DNA of 64,000 nt. It comes from an uncultured Verrucomicrobiae bacterium (lineage in GTDB: Bacteria > Verrucomicrobiota > Verrucomicrobiia > Chthoniobacterales > JAFAMB01). Each line of letters starts with the position of its first letter. Within the stretch, counting starts at the first letter, position 1. Below are positions 61,349 to 64,000 of the stretch, one piece after another. Where the stretch lies: positions 42,189-106,188 of the forward strand of contig CAWJVG010000018.1 in assembly GCA_963846195.1 (NCBI GenBank). Reading direction: 5' to 3'. Under the pieces are notes generated by a model, which was not told the DNA's origin, ran no database searches, and saw only the letters and a program-made list of their open reading frames with translations. Position numbers and translations under genes: made by a program.

Positions 61349-62020
61349 TCACGCTCGTCCGCCGATGCGCTCCCCCCTAAGGGTCAGCAAGGCGAGCATT
61401 CGGCCAGTATGCCCCTTCTCCATCCGGTAAGAATAGTATTTCTCCAGATCCGCTGCAGTATTCTCACCCGAATCGAAGACGTGGCTCACACCAGAACGCT
61501 TAAGACTCCGAACGATTTCAGCGGCGAAATCCACTTCGTAAAAGGGCGGCCGAATGCAGGGGCTTAGCTGGGCCACGAGTTCTGCAGGGTCCGTTCCAAA
61601 CTCTGTCGCCATTTTTTGCACCGCGGCGCCGACGATGTTTAATTCGGTGCCTTTCCTTCCCGAATGCACCAAGCCGATGGCGGTCCGGCAGGGATCAACC
61701 AGGAAAACCGCACAACAATCGGCCACGCGTACCCCGAGTAACACCTCTGGATCGCGAGTGAGCAAAGCGTCGACGTCAGCGGTCTTCGCGGTTGAATCAG
61801 CCGTGACAACCGCAACAGAGTTGCCATGGACCTGCTCTGCGAAGCGAAATTGCCGGGCTCCAAAGCTGCGCCGTGCGACTTCGTGAAATGCCTCCAGTCT
61901 TCGGAGCGCAATCTCGCGATCGGCGCGAACGTCGAGCCCCGGCACTCGCAGAACGAACCCATGCAGAACATTTTCCAGCGCACCAAGGGCGGGGAAATGC
62001 TCCACGGACGGCCTTGTCAT
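61349..62020 (-). CDS. pgeF: YfiH/PgeF (laccase-domain) protein
   Basis: QVHG, DAL, VADC, VHSG, YYSYR. Confidence 0.88.
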   Translation of the reverse strand: MTRPSVEHFPALGALENVLHGFVLRVPGLDVRADREIALRRLEAFHEVARRSFGARQFRFAEQVHGNSVAVVTADSTAKTADVDALLTRDPEVLLGVRVADCCAVFLVDPCRTAIGLVHSGRKGTELNIVGAAVQKMATEFGTDPAELVAQLSPCIRPPFYEVDFAAEIVRSLKRSGVSHVFDSGENTAADLEKYYSYRMEKGHTGRMLALLTLRGERIGGRA

Positions 62021-62039
62021 GTTATTTCAGGACAGGACA

Positions 62040-63665
62040 CTAATCATTCGATGCATCCACTTTACCCTGCGGCGGTATCAGCGATTCGCGTTTTGCCTTC
62101 ATGGTCGACGGTTTTCCCGGGTCGAGTGGCGAATCATGTCGTGAACGAGCGGCTTTTACGGCCTCGTCCGCAGTCAAAGTAGACGGGCGCGTGAGCGGCG
62201 CATCGAACATGTCGTTATATCTGGTCTCGGTTGCCGTTGCCTGTTGGTACGAGGCGACTGCTGAGACATATGAAAACTCAGCCTGCACCAAGTTGGAGCG
62301 TGCGGTGGTCAGAGCCTGTTGGGCCGTCAAAACGTCGAGCTGCGTACCTGTACCGGCCGCCAGACGCTCATCAGCAAGACGCAAAGCCTCGAGGTTGACG
62401 TTCACACCGGTCTGCGCACTATCCACCGTTTGGGCGGCTTGCCGCAGGTTGCTCACGGAAGTGGCAACTTCAAGTTCGACTTGCCGTACAGAATCATCGT
62501 AGGTCACTTTCGCCTGCTCGAGCTGCGCTCGCGCCTGCTTCACTTTCCCGTAGGTCAGAAACCCATCGAACACGTTCCAGGAGCCCTGCAGGCCCAGGAA
62601 CCACCCCTGCAAGGTGCGCGACAGGTTGTTACTCAACGGATTGCTCTCTTGCTCCAATCCGACATCGGCTGAAATGGTTGGCTTCCAGCCGGCCGCCTGG
62701 ACGGTGATGTTTTCCACACTCGCAAGAATTGACGACCGTTGTGCTTTTAGAAAGGGACGATTGGCACGCGCTGCAATCAGTGCAGCACCCAAGTCGTACT
62801 TGATCGGCTCAAAGGTAAGCTCCCCCTCCACCGGCAGCGGATTGTCTGTCGCATACTGTCGATCGGCCGGGATTCCAAGAGTCCGGGCAAGCGTGAGCGC
62901 CGCAATACGATAATTGTTCCGGGCTGCAATCAGCTGCGGGATCTGGTTTTCGAGCGTGCCTTCGGCTTGTAGAACGTTGAATTGCGGAACGGTGCCTGCC
63001 TCATATCGGCTTTTCTGGTCTTCCAGTTGGCTTTGGAGAAGGTTCACCGATTCCTCTTGAACCTGCACCAGCGCTTTATCGAGAAGGATTTGGTAGAACT
63101 GGGTGCGAACAGTCTGAACAACGGTGTCGATGGTGTCGCGCAGCGTGTAATACGCCGAGTCTTCGTTAATCCGCGCCGCTCGACGCGACGCAATGGTCGC
63201 ACCGCCGTCGTAGATCAGTTGTGATGCGGTCAATGTGACCTGCCAGGTCTGATTCGCCGAAGTGGAGGCACCTCCGGATAGGGAGCTTACTGGAATCGCC
63301 TGGGCATTATTGACTCCCGCGGTTCCGGTCGACGTGACAGTCAAGTTACTACCTCTCGGCACGCCGAGAAGATCGAACGGAGATTGGCGAGAAGAACTAC
63401 TAGGCTTCAACGCGTTGTCGGTCTGCGAATAATTGGAATTGACCGTCAACTGCGGGAGCAATCTGGCCTGCGCCTGGTAGACAAGGCCTTTCTCCGCCTT
63501 GATCTGTTGGATTTGCTGCAGGATCGACGGATTCTGCTTGAGCGCGAGTTGAACAGCTTCATCGATGGTCAGCGGATGACTGCGATAGCCAGCAGTCGAC
63601 TCGCCGGCAATTAAAGCGCAGGACATCCCTGCGACGGCTAAGACAAAAAGCGCGGGTCTCATCAT
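62040..63665 (-). CDS. TolC family outer membrane efflux protein
   Basis: Signal peptide, LTIDEAVQLAL, QLIYDGG, RYEAG, WNVFDG, GTQLDVL. Confidence 0.93.
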   Translation of the reverse strand: MMRPALFVLAVAGMSCALIAGESTAGYRSHPLTIDEAVQLALKQNPSILQQIQQIKAEKGLVYQAQARLLPQLTVNSNYSQTDNALKPSSSSRQSPFDLLGVPRGSNLTVTSTGTAGVNNAQAIPVSSLSGGASTSANQTWQVTLTASQLIYDGGATIASRRAARINEDSAYYTLRDTIDTVVQTVRTQFYQILLDKALVQVQEESVNLLQSQLEDQKSRYEAGTVPQFNVLQAEGTLENQIPQLIAARNNYRIAALTLARTLGIPADRQYATDNPLPVEGELTFEPIKYDLGAALIAARANRPFLKAQRSSILASVENITVQAAGWKPTISADVGLEQESNPLSNNLSRTLQGWFLGLQGSWNVFDGFLTYGKVKQARAQLEQAKVTYDDSVRQVELEVATSVSNLRQAAQTVDSAQTGVNVNLEALRLADERLAAGTGTQLDVLTAQQALTTARSNLVQAEFSYVSAVASYQQATATETRYNDMFDAPLTRPSTLTADEAVKAARSRHDSPLDPGKPSTMKAKRESLIPPQGKVDASND

Positions 63666-64000
63666 TTTTTGGGCAGTTTATCGGAACAATCCGCGATCTT
63701 ACGATAAATTTGGAGCCAAGCCCTTCCTTCCTCGGCGGTCAGATATTCACGCAACAGAGTCATAATCTTGTTCACCATGTCTCTACGAATTTCGGCGACG
63801 AGGCCAGAACCTTTCTGGGTAATTTTTACCATCACTTTACGACGGTCGTCCAGCGCGTGGGAACGCTGAACGTATCCGAGCTTTTCGAGCCGATCGACAA
63901 GTCCGGTCGCTGCGGCCGTCGTATGGCCCATTTTGGAAGCGATCCCTGACATGGTGATCACTTCCTGCTTTTCAAGGCACCCGAGCAAAAAGTACTGCGG
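63662..64000 (-). CDS. MarR family regulator (5' end beyond window)
   Basis: PQYFLL..ATGLVDRLEKLGYVQR..DDRR..ITQKG; frame open to 64000. Confidence 0.92.
   Translation of the reverse strand, partial: PQYFLLGCLEKQEVITMSGIASKMGHTTAAATGLVDRLEKLGYVQRSHALDDRRKVMVKITQKGSGLVAEIRRDMVNKIMTLLREYLTAEEGRAWLQIYRKIADCSDKLPKK

Overview
Bacterial chromosomal window. Gene content and short-repeat families suggest a soil Verrucomicrobium (Chthoniobacterales-like); this taxonomy is inference. Region 1-6930 is a decayed accessory island downstream of tRNA-Val(TAC). It holds an ECF sigma factor translationally coupled to a long Ser/Thr kinase-DUF4062-like-nSTAND1 NTPase gene that runs off the left edge and is absent from the ORF track. 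It also holds a Tn3 tnpA remnant with its 38-bp inverted repeat (IR), a GMC oxidoreductase fragment, two orphan tRNA fragments and iteron-like repeats. Region 7.2-22 kb carries a sigma54-type amt-glnK pair, a fused AhbAB-like protein, an apparently dead M1 aminopeptidase, a second ECF/kinase-TPR pair, a degenerate plus intact ATP-grasp pair, a G1 glutamic peptidase and a FkbM pseudogene. Region 22-64 kb is mostly core genes: gatB, TetR-HlyD-ABC, aroC, cbiX/DR2241-like, an atypical NtrC-type regulator plus rpoN, Roadblock protein-mglA-exbB-exbD-TonB-like-Zn-ribbon, guaB3, fabF, murA, prmC, prfA, rpmE, LytS/LytR, TolC and MarR. It also contains a candidate 6S RNA and several REP/MITE-like repeat families. 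Several genes contain indels that may be assembly errors. All calls come from reading motifs by eye; no searches were run.
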